From Vulcanimicrobiota bacterium (GTDB lineage: Bacteria > Vulcanimicrobiota > Vulcanimicrobiia > Vulcanimicrobiales > Vulcanimicrobiaceae), in the NCBI GenBank assembly GCA_963733295.1, contig CAVTCS010000015.1:1038-65037 (forward strand): DNA of 64,000 bases, given 5' to 3'. The position numbers and the translations under genes were made by a program. This document shows positions 1 through 9,327 of this stretch, in pieces (the first letter of the stretch is position 1; every line of letters begins with the position of its first letter). Below the pieces are notes generated by a model, which saw only the letters and a program-made list of their open reading frames with translations, made no database searches and was not told the origin of the DNA.

Positions 1-122
1 GTCACATGCGGAAGGTGTGATGCACTTCCGTCGAAACGCTGACCGAGCTTAGACATGAGAAGGAGCGGCAGATTCGCCCGGAGGAGCGTTCCGTTAAGAT
101 CAGCCGAGCTTACCATGCGCAT
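1..122 (-). CDS. 5' end (N-terminus) of a HAD-like hydrolase gene that continues off the left edge; paralog of the 1862..3331 gene
   Basis: The reverse complement of 1..122 reads MRMVSSADLNGTLLRANLPLLLMSKLGQRFDGSASHLPHV. This aligns with MHTVSS...VDLDGTLVRTDL of the 1862..3331 product (HAD motif I region, DLNGT here versus DLDGT there). Nucleotides 103..170 resemble 3312..3377. Confidence 0.5.
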   Translation of the reverse strand, partial: MRMVSSADLNGTLLRANLPLLLMSKLGQRFDGSASHLPHV

Positions 123-206
123 GCGTCTCTGTTGTCGGGCCGAAGATATGAGAATCTTTAGGACCGCCTCGACGCTTCGCCTGCTCGCACGTCGACAGGT
201 GGAGCG

Positions 207-1877
207 ATGAGTTTGCTCGAGTGGCTGGACGCGAGCCCCTTTCTTGAGGCGGCGCTCACGAGCGCGCTGCTCGTCATCGTCGCGCTGCTGGCCGTGTCCG
301 TGTCCGTGTTGCCCACGGAGGGACCGCGCCGACTCGGCCGCTCGCGCTGGCTCTTCGCTGCCTTCGTCGTGCTTGCGATCTTCGCCGCACGCTGGCCCTC
401 GACTCTCTCCTACCTCGAACTCAATCCGGAAGAGTCTCAGATGACGGCCCAAGCGATCACGATCCACCACTACCCGATTCCGTGGAAATCCTACGACACG
501 ACGACGAGCGGCCCGCTGAACAGCGCCGTCTTGGTGATCCCGGCATTATTTGGGAAATCGATCGATTTCGTGAGCACGCGTCTTGTCGCGATCGCGCTGA
601 TTCTCGGGACGCTCGCGTTCTTGTTTGCCATCATTCGAACGCTCTACGGTGAACTCGCCGCACGTCTCGGCCTACTGCTGCCGTTGGCGTTTTTCTGTTG
701 CGTTCGCACTCCCGACTTCGCGGACTACACGAGCGAGATGCTGCCGATGTTTCTCCTGTCGGCTGCGGCGTACGGTCTGGTGCGGTTCGGCATGGTCGAG
801 CCTCGAGGGATTGCGTTCACCGGTTTCGCTCTGGGATGTCTACCGTTTGCGAATCTTCAGAGCGCGCTACTCGGTTTCGCATTATTCGTGGTCGCTCTGG
901 GTTTGATCGCGGGGCATGAGGAGCTGGCGCCGAGTCATCGTCTTCGTTGCGTGATATCGCTGATCGCCGGCATCTGTTGCGTACCCGTGTTCATCCTGAC
1001 TCTCGTGACGCTGTCCTCGGCCTTCCAAGATTTCTACGTGAGTTACGTACAGTTTCCACTATTCAATCTGCGTTGGAGCTGTTGCAAAACCGCCGGACTC
1101 AAGCTCTTCGCCTCCGAGCCGTTTTCACACGCATTTCTCGTGGCGACCATCGTCTTGGTTGTGATGTCTTGGGCCGTAATCGTCGTGCTCGGACGAAAAG
1201 AGGCGCGAAAGCCGGTGATCTGGTTGCCTCCGGCGATAGCGCTCCTGCTGGTGCCGCTTTCGATCTACTCAATCGACCTGCCGCAGACGCTTTTCCAGCA
1301 TTCCCTGATCCTTCTGTTTTGGCCGCTCTGCGCCGCCGGGGCGTTCTCCGTGGGCGCCTTGATCGTGGAACTCAGTCACAACGAAGCGTTGAAGAATACC
1401 ACCGTTTGGATAGCGTCGCTGGTGGCTTTCGTCTCTTGCATCCTGCTCATCCACTTGAATTTTACCGTCGAGAACCCCTATCTCGGACGGCTACAGGAAA
1501 ATTTGGCGCACCCGCCGGACGCGGTCACGGCTATGTTGCGCAACCACGTACGGCGCGGCGACCGGATGGCTATTTGGGGGTGGATGCCGCGCTATTTCGT
1601 GGAGACCGGCGCGCTGATGGGTACGCGCGATTCCGTAACGCCGTACCAAATCGACAAGAGCGCATTTCGATCGTATTTTCGCGCGAGATATTTCAGCGAT
1701 ATGCGCACGAATAAGCCGAAGTTCTTTCTCGATGCCGTTGCGCCCGGCAGCTTCAAGTACAAAGACTGGGCCAAAGAAGGTCACGAAACGGACCGAGCCC
1801 TTACCGACCTAATCAGCGCAAATTACAAGCTGATCGATGAGGCAAACGGCGTCTTGCTCTATCAGCGCAATAAATAA
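207..1877 (+). CDS. Polytopic membrane protein, GT-C-fold (ArnT/PMT-like) glycosyltransferase candidate
   Basis: 556-aa ORF with many hydrophobic helices. An acidic first-loop motif (ELNPEESQ) and a soluble C-terminal domain are typical of polyprenyl-phosphate-sugar-dependent GT-C enzymes. GGTGGAG lies 3 nt upstream of the ATG at 207. Confidence 0.55.
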   Translation: MSLLEWLDASPFLEAALTSALLVIVALLAVSVSVLPTEGPRRLGRSRWLFAAFVVLAIFAARWPSTLSYLELNPEESQMTAQAITIHHYPIPWKSYDTTTSGPLNSAVLVIPALFGKSIDFVSTRLVAIALILGTLAFLFAIIRTLYGELAARLGLLLPLAFFCCVRTPDFADYTSEMLPMFLLSAAAYGLVRFGMVEPRGIAFTGFALGCLPFANLQSALLGFALFVVALGLIAGHEELAPSHRLRCVISLIAGICCVPVFILTLVTLSSAFQDFYVSYVQFPLFNLRWSCCKTAGLKLFASEPFSHAFLVATIVLVVMSWAVIVVLGRKEARKPVIWLPPAIALLLVPLSIYSIDLPQTLFQHSLILLFWPLCAAGAFSVGALIVELSHNEALKNTTVWIASLVAFVSCILLIHLNFTVENPYLGRLQENLAHPPDAVTAMLRNHVRRGDRMAIWGWMPRYFVETGALMGTRDSVTPYQIDKSAFRSYFRARYFSDMRTNKPKFFLDAVAPGSFKYKDWAKEGHETDRALTDLISANYKLIDEANGVLLYQRNK

Positions 1878-3331
1878 GTCCAAGAAACCGTTGCCGCGAC
1901 GGCACAAACGGCGCAGAGCGCGGCACAGGCGTAACTGACGCGATCTCGCAGCGCGAACACGATGGGATCCTCGTTCATCTGCCCGCGGTGGGCGAGCAGC
2001 CACGCCCGGCTCACCCAGTACAAGATCACCGGGCAAACACCCCAGAGAACCTCCGGATGACGGTACAGCTTGACGACCTCGGCGCTGTTAATGTAGAGGG
2101 CTAAGATCAAGACCGAGATGTAACCGCTCGCCGACCCGAGGGAGGCGAGCTGTTCGTAGTCTCCAGCGACATAACCGCGGCCATAAACCCGATCGATCGC
2201 GGTCTTACGCAGATTGTGCAATTCAGAGCAGCGTTTCATGAGCGCCAAGCTGACGAATATGAAGAGCGAGAAGGCGAGAAGCCAAAACGAGAGCGGCACG
2301 GCGACCGCGACGAAGCCTGCGATGATCCGTAAGGTATACAGAGCCGCCAGCACGACGACGTCGAGCATCGCGATTTGCTTCAGCGAAAGCGAGTATGCGA
2401 GCGTTACCGCGAAATACACCGCCAGGACGACGACCACTGGAAGGCTGACCGAAAACACCAGAAAGAAAGCCAGAGCTAAAAAGATCAAAGCAGCGACGGC
2501 GGCCGCGCGAATCGAGAGTTCGCCGTTTGCGAGCGGCCGTAAGCGTTTGTGGGCGTGGAGCCGATCGGCTTGAATATCGAAGAGGTCGTTGACGAGGTAA
2601 ACGGCCGATGCGCACAGACAAAAAGCGACGAAGACGAGCAGGTCGATGAGGATCGCCGGCCCATCGAAGACGCGGTGCGACGAAAGAAGCGGCACGAAAA
2701 TTAGAACGTTCTTCGCCCATTGATGGGGGCGGATCGCGCGAAGAAGCGTCCGGATCGACGGCCGGCGAGCGCCGAGTCGAAACGAAGCCGGCGCGGCTCG
2801 CCCTGCGCGTGCCGCAACTGCGTCCGTCGCGTTGACGATTCCGGCGACGCCCGCGGCGCTCCAAATGGGCAAGTCGGCTCGCGAGTCCCCAAGGTACTCG
2901 AAGGCGCCGCCGTCGGTCTTGGCCAGAATCGCTTCGAGCTTGCGCGCCCCCTTGCGGTTGACGCCTGCGTCCGTTGCGATAATTCCATCGAAAAGCCCGA
3001 GGTGAGCGGCGATCTGCGCTGCAATGGGCAGCGACGCCGCAGTAGCGAGATAGATACGTCGGCCGCCTTCGCGCTCGTGTTGAAGGTACGCGATGACCTC
3101 ACGGTCGTACGGAAGGTGCTCCGCATCGGCGTCGAAACCGTCGCTCAACTTCATCTTCAGCAGTGCCGGGCCGCCGCGAAACAGCCACCACAAGGCGAGC
3201 AGGAGCGTCAGCGGGTTGCTTTTCATCCGAACCAAGAACGCTTCGAACACGAGGTCGGTCCGTACGAGCGTCCCGTCCAAGTCGACGAAGATCGGCGTCT
3301 GGATCGAAGCTGCCGAGCTTACCGTGTGCAT
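1862..3331 (-). CDS. Fusion protein: N-terminal HAD-IB phosphatase domain plus C-terminal UbiA-family prenyltransferase (decaprenyl-phosphate phosphoribosyltransferase-like)
   Basis: 489 aa. HAD motif I is present (FVDLDGTLV). After about 200 aa comes a multi-TM domain with the UbiA Asp-rich motif NDLFDIQADRLH (NDxxDxxxD). Confidence 0.75.
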   Translation of the reverse strand: MHTVSSAASIQTPIFVDLDGTLVRTDLVFEAFLVRMKSNPLTLLLALWWLFRGGPALLKMKLSDGFDADAEHLPYDREVIAYLQHEREGGRRIYLATAASLPIAAQIAAHLGLFDGIIATDAGVNRKGARKLEAILAKTDGGAFEYLGDSRADLPIWSAAGVAGIVNATDAVAARAGRAAPASFRLGARRPSIRTLLRAIRPHQWAKNVLIFVPLLSSHRVFDGPAILIDLLVFVAFCLCASAVYLVNDLFDIQADRLHAHKRLRPLANGELSIRAAAVAALIFLALAFFLVFSVSLPVVVVLAVYFAVTLAYSLSLKQIAMLDVVVLAALYTLRIIAGFVAVAVPLSFWLLAFSLFIFVSLALMKRCSELHNLRKTAIDRVYGRGYVAGDYEQLASLGSASGYISVLILALYINSAEVVKLYRHPEVLWGVCPVILYWVSRAWLLAHRGQMNEDPIVFALRDRVSYACAALCAVCAVAATVSWTYLLR

Positions 3332-3412
3332 GCTCCTACAGTGTTCGGCTAGAAGGCCTTGACGAGTTTAGGACCGCGATGACGGAGAGCCTCCTCTGGC
3401 TGGACGCGAGCC
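3312..3412. repeat. Decayed copy of the divergent promoter region and first codons of the 207..1877 gene (paralogous to about 103..235)
   Basis: Blocks shared with region A (103..235): gccgagcttacc(a/g)tg(c/t)gcatgc, tttaggaccgc and ctggctggacgcgagccc. The remnant reads MTESLLWLDASP versus MSLLEWLDASP in the intact gene. Confidence 0.6.
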
Positions 3413-3495
3413 CGTGCGATACTTCGCGGTCGCGCTCACCTGTATGGCGCGCGAGCTCCGTGCGATATTTCGCGGTCGCGCTCACCTGTATGGCG
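3404..3495 (+). repeat. Tandem direct duplication, two units of about 46 bp
   Basis: Unit 1 (3404..3449) is cgcgagcccgtgcgatacttcgcggtcgcgctcacctgtatggcg. Unit 2 (3450..3495) is cgcgagctccgtgcgatatttcgcggtcgcgctcacctgtatggcg. They differ by one indel and one substitution. Confidence 0.85.
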
Positions 3496-5144
3496 TACTG
3501 ACCGTCGTTCTCGCGCTGCTTCCCGGGTTTCGCTGCTCGGCACGTGCCCTGTTCGCGCTCTCCGTCTGTGCGTTGTGCGTCGTGTCGGCTTGCGCGCAGA
3601 ATCCGGCCGGCACGGTCCCAACCGTCCGCTTCGACGTTGGGACGGATCCCTCGAACCTCAATCCACTCTTCGCGCACGTCGACGCGGGACAAGTCGAGCA
3701 GCAACTCGCCCGGCTGAGCTTCGAGCCGTTTTTCGATCTGGACGCACACGGCCGTACGGTGCCGCAACTGCTGAGCGTCGTGCCGAGCCTCGCGAACGGG
3801 GGCGTGACGCCGGACGGCCGTACGATCGTCTATCGCTTGCGACTTGGCGTGCGCTGGAGCGACGGCGTCCCGGTCACGAGCCGCGACGTGCTCTTCACGC
3901 TGGCGGCGATTCGCGATGCGCGCAACCCGGTCGGCTCGCGCGAAGGCTACGATCTCATCGATGCGGCTGCCGCTCCGGACCCGTATACCGTGCGATTGCA
4001 CTTGCGCAGGGCGTGGGCGCCGGCGGTGGCAACGTTCTTCGCTCCCGGCACCTCGCAGCAATACGTTCTACCCGCTCACGTGCTGGCGCGGCAGGTTCCG
4101 CTCGAACGAGCTGCCTTTAACGCGGCGCCCTCCGTCGGCGACGGACCGTTCACGTTCGTCTCCTGGGCCCGCGGCGATCGCCTCGTGTATCGCGCGAATC
4201 CACGCTACTGGCGCGGCAAGCCGAACGTCGAGAGACTCGAAATCCGCATCGTTCCCGATCCTCAAACGAATCTGAACTTGCTCGAAAGCGGAGCGATCGA
4301 CTTCAACCTGATTGCTCCCGCGCAGGAAGCGATTCTGCGCAAGTCGCAGGCCAAGCTGGCGTTTCTCTCGGTGCCGACCGCGTTGATTGCGGGGCTTGCG
4401 CTCAACGTCTCGCACGCACCGCTCGACGACGCGAGGGTCCGTCGCGCGATCGCGCAATCGATCGATCGCGACGCGATCTCGCAAAAAGTGACGTTCGCAC
4501 GTTATCCGGTTGCGGATTCGGACCGTCCGCGCTTTTCGTGGGCGTACGATCCGAGCGTGAAGGAGCCGCACTTCGACCCGAGCGCCGCCGACGCGGCGCT
4601 CGACGCGGCAGGCTGGACCTGGACGCCGGGGGTGCGCGTCAAGAACGGACGCCGTCTCGAACTAACCTACGTTCAGTTTCCCGAGACCACGACCGGCGTG
4701 CGCGTCGCGACGATGGTGCAGCGCGAGTTGCACGATCGCGGCTTCGACGTTACGCTCAAGTCGATCTCGAACGCGCAGCTCTTTTTGCCGGCAAGCGAGG
4801 GCGGGATCTTGGCCACGGGCCGTTTCGATCTCGCCTACGTCCCGTGGGCGATGGGAGCCGATCCGGACGACCGCTTCCTTCTGGCTTGCTCCGATGCGGT
4901 GAAGAACTATATGCGATATTGCAGCCCCGCAGTCGACCGTCTCGAAGGCGAGGCGGTCGCCGACCCGAACCGTTCCCAGCGTCGCGCTCGCTACGTCGCG
5001 ATCGACCGGATCGTCGCGCGCGAGGTGCCGATCGTCTATCTTTTCAACCCCAGTTACGTGTGGGCGTACCGGCCGCAGCTGCGGGGATTCGCGCCGAACG
5101 CCTTCATCCCGACTTGGAACGCCTACGATTGGAGCCTTCGATGA
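3414..5144 (+). CDS. ABC transporter substrate-binding protein, family 5 (peptide/nickel, DppA/OppA-like), probable lipoprotein
   Basis: 576-aa ORF of typical SBP_bac_5 length and sequence character (for example FNLIAPAQEAIL and YLFNPSYVWAYRPQLRGF). Lipobox-like VVSAC near the N-terminus. The start is uncertain (GTG 3414 or ATG 3444) because the 5' end lies in the tandem duplication. Confidence 0.7.
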   Translation: MRYFAVALTCMARELRAIFRGRAHLYGVLTVVLALLPGFRCSARALFALSVCALCVVSACAQNPAGTVPTVRFDVGTDPSNLNPLFAHVDAGQVEQQLARLSFEPFFDLDAHGRTVPQLLSVVPSLANGGVTPDGRTIVYRLRLGVRWSDGVPVTSRDVLFTLAAIRDARNPVGSREGYDLIDAAAAPDPYTVRLHLRRAWAPAVATFFAPGTSQQYVLPAHVLARQVPLERAAFNAAPSVGDGPFTFVSWARGDRLVYRANPRYWRGKPNVERLEIRIVPDPQTNLNLLESGAIDFNLIAPAQEAILRKSQAKLAFLSVPTALIAGLALNVSHAPLDDARVRRAIAQSIDRDAISQKVTFARYPVADSDRPRFSWAYDPSVKEPHFDPSAADAALDAAGWTWTPGVRVKNGRRLELTYVQFPETTTGVRVATMVQRELHDRGFDVTLKSISNAQLFLPASEGGILATGRFDLAYVPWAMGADPDDRFLLACSDAVKNYMRYCSPAVDRLEGEAVADPNRSQRRARYVAIDRIVAREVPIVYLFNPSYVWAYRPQLRGFAPNAFIPTWNAYDWSLR

Positions 5145-6553
5145 TCGCCGAAGCACCGCATGAGATCCGCGCAATCTTTGCCGAGCAGCGCCGGCGGTAC
5201 CGCTCCAATCCCAATCCCAGCCGGCGCGAGCGGCTCGCGCATCTCGACGCGCTGCAGAAAGCGATCGTCCGGCATCGGGAAGCGCTCTACGTCGCCATGG
5301 CGCGAGACTTCGGCAAAGCGCGCGACGAGGTGGAACTCAGCGAAATCTTCGTCACGCTCAGCGAGTTGAAGTTCGCGCGCAAGAACCTGGCGCGTTGGAT
5401 GCGTCCCAAAACCACTGCGACGCCGTTGCCGCTGTTCGGGGCGAAGAGCCACGTTCGCTACGAGCCCAAGGGCGTCGTCTTGATCATGTCCACCTGGAAC
5501 TTTCCGATCTACCTCACGTTGCCGCCGCTCATCGCCGCAGTCGCCGCCGGCAATCGCGCGATCGTACGGTTTTCCGAAAAGTCGCCGCACACGGGTGCCG
5601 TGATGCAGTCGATCATCGCCGAGGCATTTTCACCCGGTGACGTGATGATGGTCGGCGGTGGGATCGATGTCGCCGAAGAGCTGCTGAAGTTGCCCTTCGA
5701 TCACTTCTTCTTTACCGGCAGCGCGAAGATCGGGAAACGCGTGATGCGCGCCGCCGCAGAACACCTGGCGGGCGTCACCCTGGAGTTGGGCGGAAAGTCG
5801 CCCGCGATCGTAACCGCCGATGCCGACCTCAAGTCGGCAGCAAACCGGATTGCGTGGGGAAAGTTCATCAACGCGGGCCAAACCTGCGTCGCGCCCGACT
5901 ACGTCCTCGTGGAACGTTCCGCGGCGCCGGCGCTGGTCGAGCAGCTGAAGCTGCGGATCGCGCGCATGTACGGCCCGACCGAAGAGAATCGCAAAGCCAG
6001 CCGCGACTACGCGCGGATCGTCGACGATGCGGCGTTCGAACGTTTGAGCGCCGTTCTCGACGAGAGCCTTCGCGCTGGTGCCACGGTGACGCTGGGCGGG
6101 GGCCGCGAGGCCGCGACGCGCTTCATTGCGCCGACGATCCTCGAGAACGTGACGGTCGACTCACCGGTCATGCGTGAAGAGATCTTCGGACCGATTCTCC
6201 CGATCGTCACCTTCGAGTCGCTCGACGACGCGCTGCAAGACGTCCGCGCTCACGACAAGCCGCTCGCGCTGTACATCTTCAGCCGTTCGCGCAAGACGAT
6301 CGACAAGATTTTGGCCCGCTCGAGCGCGGGCGGGACCGGCATCGGCGACACCGTGACGCACCTCGTGAACGCCAATCTGCCCTTCGGCGGCGCCGGCGCG
6401 AGCGGGCTGGGCAACTACCACGGGTACGCCGGTTTTCGCACCTTCTCGCACGAGCGCGCGGTGATGACGCGCACGCTGCTCATGCCCCTGCTCTATCCGC
6501 CGTACACGAAACAGACCCGCCGGGTGCTCGCGCTGCTCGATCGGTTCTTCTGA
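5141..6553 (+). CDS. NAD(P)-dependent aldehyde dehydrogenase (class 3-like)
   Basis: The internal ATG at 5141 overlaps the upstream stop (ATGA). Motifs ELGGKSP and GQTCVAPDYV are present. The 4538..5140 part of the listed ORF is Arg-rich out-of-frame read-through of the SBP gene. Confidence 0.85.
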   Translation: MIAEAPHEIRAIFAEQRRRYRSNPNPSRRERLAHLDALQKAIVRHREALYVAMARDFGKARDEVELSEIFVTLSELKFARKNLARWMRPKTTATPLPLFGAKSHVRYEPKGVVLIMSTWNFPIYLTLPPLIAAVAAGNRAIVRFSEKSPHTGAVMQSIIAEAFSPGDVMMVGGGIDVAEELLKLPFDHFFFTGSAKIGKRVMRAAAEHLAGVTLELGGKSPAIVTADADLKSAANRIAWGKFINAGQTCVAPDYVLVERSAAPALVEQLKLRIARMYGPTEENRKASRDYARIVDDAAFERLSAVLDESLRAGATVTLGGGREAATRFIAPTILENVTVDSPVMREEIFGPILPIVTFESLDDALQDVRAHDKPLALYIFSRSRKTIDKILARSSAGGTGIGDTVTHLVNANLPFGGAGASGLGNYHGYAGFRTFSHERAVMTRTLLMPLLYPPYTKQTRRVLALLDRFF

Positions 6554-6559
6554 TCGCCA

Positions 6560-7567
6560 GTGAACCGCCGCCCGAACTCGGCGGCAATTCTGCGCGCGGT
6601 TCCGGGTGCCGGCACAACGCACATCGCCTCGATCGACGGGCTCCGTGCCGTAGCGGTTCTCGGAGTCGTCGCTTATCACGCGAACTTTTTGCCCGGAACG
6701 ATCGGGGCGCGCGGCGTCGATCTGTTCTTCGTTATCTCCGGTCTCTGCCTGTCGCTGCCCGTGCTGCGCAAGGGCGAGGAGCTGCAACGCACGCGTTTTT
6801 GGATCAATCGGGTTTGGCGAATCGTACCCGCATATTGGGTAGCTCTTCTGATTTTTGGCGCCCTGTCGCTGACGGCGTTCGGGTTGCCGACCGCTGAGAC
6901 GCCAAAGCGCTCGTTCGAGTTCCTGCAAGAAGCGCTCTTCTCCACCGGCTTCACGCCTCCATATAACGGGTCGTTTTGGACGCTCCAGTTCGAGGCGCAT
7001 TGGTACGTCTTCTTCCCGTTTATCCTTGCGCTTTTTATGAAGAGCCGCGCGCTGTTTTTCGGGCTGCTGATCGGACTCTATCTCTGGTATTTGTCCCCGA
7101 TCCGCGTTCCCGATGCCGGCATGCTGCCGTGTTTCATGTTGGGGATCCTCGCCGCCGATCTGTACCTTCGCGGATTGACCCGTTCGAGGATGTTGCTCGG
7201 ACTTGCGGCGCTTTTCCTCACGCTCGCGGTCGCCTTTCGAAGCACTAGCGACGATCACGGCGATCCCTTGTGGCACATCGCCGCGTTCTGCGTTGTCCTA
7301 GCCGGGCTAGGAGTCGCGTCGAAAGCGCTTTCGTGGGCTCCGCTGGCCTTCATCGGCGTGGCCTCGTATAGCATCTATCTCGTTCACGGACCCATTCTCG
7401 CCTGGATGCACGACAAGCTCGGCCTGCCGATGATCGCGGCGGCGCTCGCGTCGGTCGTTGCCGGCATCGCGTTTTGGGCCTGCGTCGAGCACCCGATGTC
7501 GAAGCCGGCCTTTCGCAACGCGGTGGGTGCGCTGCTTCCGAGACGTAGCAAGCCCGAAGTCACTTAG
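6560..7567 (+). CDS. Acyltransferase family 3 (OafA/YrhL-like) membrane protein
   Basis: 335 aa. Contains IDGLRAVAVLGVVAYHA...GVDLFFVISG, characteristic of acyltransferase_3, and about 10 TM helices. Confidence 0.8.
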   Translation: MNRRPNSAAILRAVPGAGTTHIASIDGLRAVAVLGVVAYHANFLPGTIGARGVDLFFVISGLCLSLPVLRKGEELQRTRFWINRVWRIVPAYWVALLIFGALSLTAFGLPTAETPKRSFEFLQEALFSTGFTPPYNGSFWTLQFEAHWYVFFPFILALFMKSRALFFGLLIGLYLWYLSPIRVPDAGMLPCFMLGILAADLYLRGLTRSRMLLGLAALFLTLAVAFRSTSDDHGDPLWHIAAFCVVLAGLGVASKALSWAPLAFIGVASYSIYLVHGPILAWMHDKLGLPMIAAALASVVAGIAFWACVEHPMSKPAFRNAVGALLPRRSKPEVT

Positions 7568-8970
7568 TCGCGGCGAGACGGCGTCGCGCCAGTACGGCAA
7601 ACCCGATGGCGGCGACGAGCAGTAGGATCAAGATCGCGCGTTCGACCAGGAAGAACGGCGTGTATTCGAATTCCAGCGTCAACGCATAGTCGATTGCGGG
7701 CCACGAGATCAGAAACGGAATCGGACTCGCGGAACCCGAGGAGTACGTAGGGCAAGCTCCATGCGAGGTATTGCGACAGCGGGTATTGTCCGAGGCTCGG
7801 GAACGACCAGCCGACGCCGACCGAGAAGCGCTGGCGCCACAGTGCGAGCCCGACGGCCGCGACCGCAACGATGCAGAGCGTGAGATGCAGTGCCTGCTGA
7901 AGGAGCGGCGGAGCATGATCGTACCCGGCATACACTTGCCCGAGCGCATCGAAGTACTGCTTCCCGCCGAACGCGAGCGATGCTGCGAGCCACAGCGCCC
8001 CAGCCGACAACGAGGGCCAGAGCCGCTCTTTCAGACTTGGCCTGTCCCAGAACACGACGATGCCGCTGAGGATTAACGGCAATTTGATCGTTCCCGCCGC
8101 GGCAACGAGAAGTATCGCGAGCCAGACGTGCCGCCGCACGACGTAGGCCAGCAAGATGAACGCAACGCCGGTCAGATCGTTGTGCGCTCGAATCAAATAG
8201 CGGCCGTACAGGGCGGGGTTGAGCGCGAACAGGATCGTCGCGACCGAAGGACCGAGCACCCGATAGACGCAGAAAGTGCAAGTCGCGATCGCGGCCAATC
8301 CGAGGAGTCGCATTGCGAGCACTTGTTGCCAAAGCGAATGCGTCATGGCGACCGCACCGGCCGCGATGATGCTCCAGAGCGGTCCGTACGGCGAGGGCAA
8401 AAGCGGCGTGCCCCAGATCGAGTTGATGATCGAGTCGTCTCCGGGTAGCCGAACGGCGAGCGGCGCATACTGGTGCGGCCAGTCGAGCGCATGGGCGATG
8501 TAGAAATAGAGATCGACGCTCGTCGTCAACGAGCGCAAAGCGACGGCCGCCAAGCAGGCCGCGGTGAGGAGCGTTATGATAACAACGCCCAGCCGCCGGC
8601 AATCGGCACGGCGCATGACTCCGAAGATCGCCAAGAGCACCAAACTCTGAACCACCGATAAGGCTTGAGCCCATTCGACGAGCGAACGGTTTGCGGTCGC
8701 GCTGAACGGCGGATCCGGCGCGAAGAATTTCAAGGGTAGCGCCGAGTCAAACCAGTCGGGCACTAGCGCTTGATGAAGCACGGCCCGGTCGGTCACAGCG
8801 GTCTGCAGCGCGAACGTCACGCAAAGTGCGACGCACAGGGCGGCAAAGAGTACCGTGTCGCGCGGCCCTACACGCAATCCAGCCCGCGCCGGCGCGTCCG
8901 CGAACGAGCGGCCGCTGAAAAGCGAGAGCCCAAGCGCAAGTATCGCTAGGATGTAGTAGGGAGCAACCAC
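7560..8970 (-). pseudogene. Large polytopic membrane protein (possible GT-C/DUF2029-like glycosyltransferase) with an apparent frameshift near 7735..7750
   Basis: The 468-aa frame turns Arg-rich and non-membrane-like after ...LAWSLPYVLLG. The overlapping frame (ORF 7560..7949) continues with a convincing membrane C-terminus, SASPIPFLISWPAIDYALTLEFEYTPFFLVERAILILLLVAAIGFAVLARRRLAATK. Confidence 0.5.
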
Positions 8971-9011
8971 GAGGTCACAACTCTAGCATCAAGGCCCCGC
9001 GCGCTGCCGGC

Positions 9012-9269
9012 CTAATTGCCCGAATGCTTTTCTTCCGATAGCGCTTTCGCCATGTCGCGATAGAGGTGACGCATCGCGTCGATCAGCAGCTGCCCAACCC
9101 GGAACACGGCGTCGCCCGAAATCGAGATGCCTTCCCACTCCGTACCTTCGTGCCGGTGCACGAGCGCATACGTGTCGTCGCCAAGCGCGTACACGGCAAA
9201 TTCGTTTGACTCGGCCAGACATTTCATTCCGGCCACGGCATCTTGATCGAATTTCGTAAGAAGCTTCAC
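9012..9269 (-). CDS. Hypothetical small protein (85 aa)
   Basis: Clean ORF with balanced, non-Arg-rich composition in an otherwise empty gap. No family recognised. Confidence 0.45.
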   Translation of the reverse strand: MKLLTKFDQDAVAGMKCLAESNEFAVYALGDDTYALVHRHEGTEWEGISISGDAVFRVGQLLIDAMRHLYRDMAKALSEEKHSGN

Positions 9270-9327
9270 GTCACTGATCCAATCGGTTGTTACAGTTGGT
9301 CGGATTATACCACGCGAGCGCTACAGG

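Noticed and set aside
4538-5140. N-terminal 200 codons of listed ORF 4538..6553 (would make a 671-aa aldehyde dehydrogenase).
   Set aside because: The segment is Arg-rich nonsense overlapping the 3' half of the SBP gene in another frame. A proper ATG at 5141 overlaps the SBP stop and gives a normal ALDH of about 470 aa.
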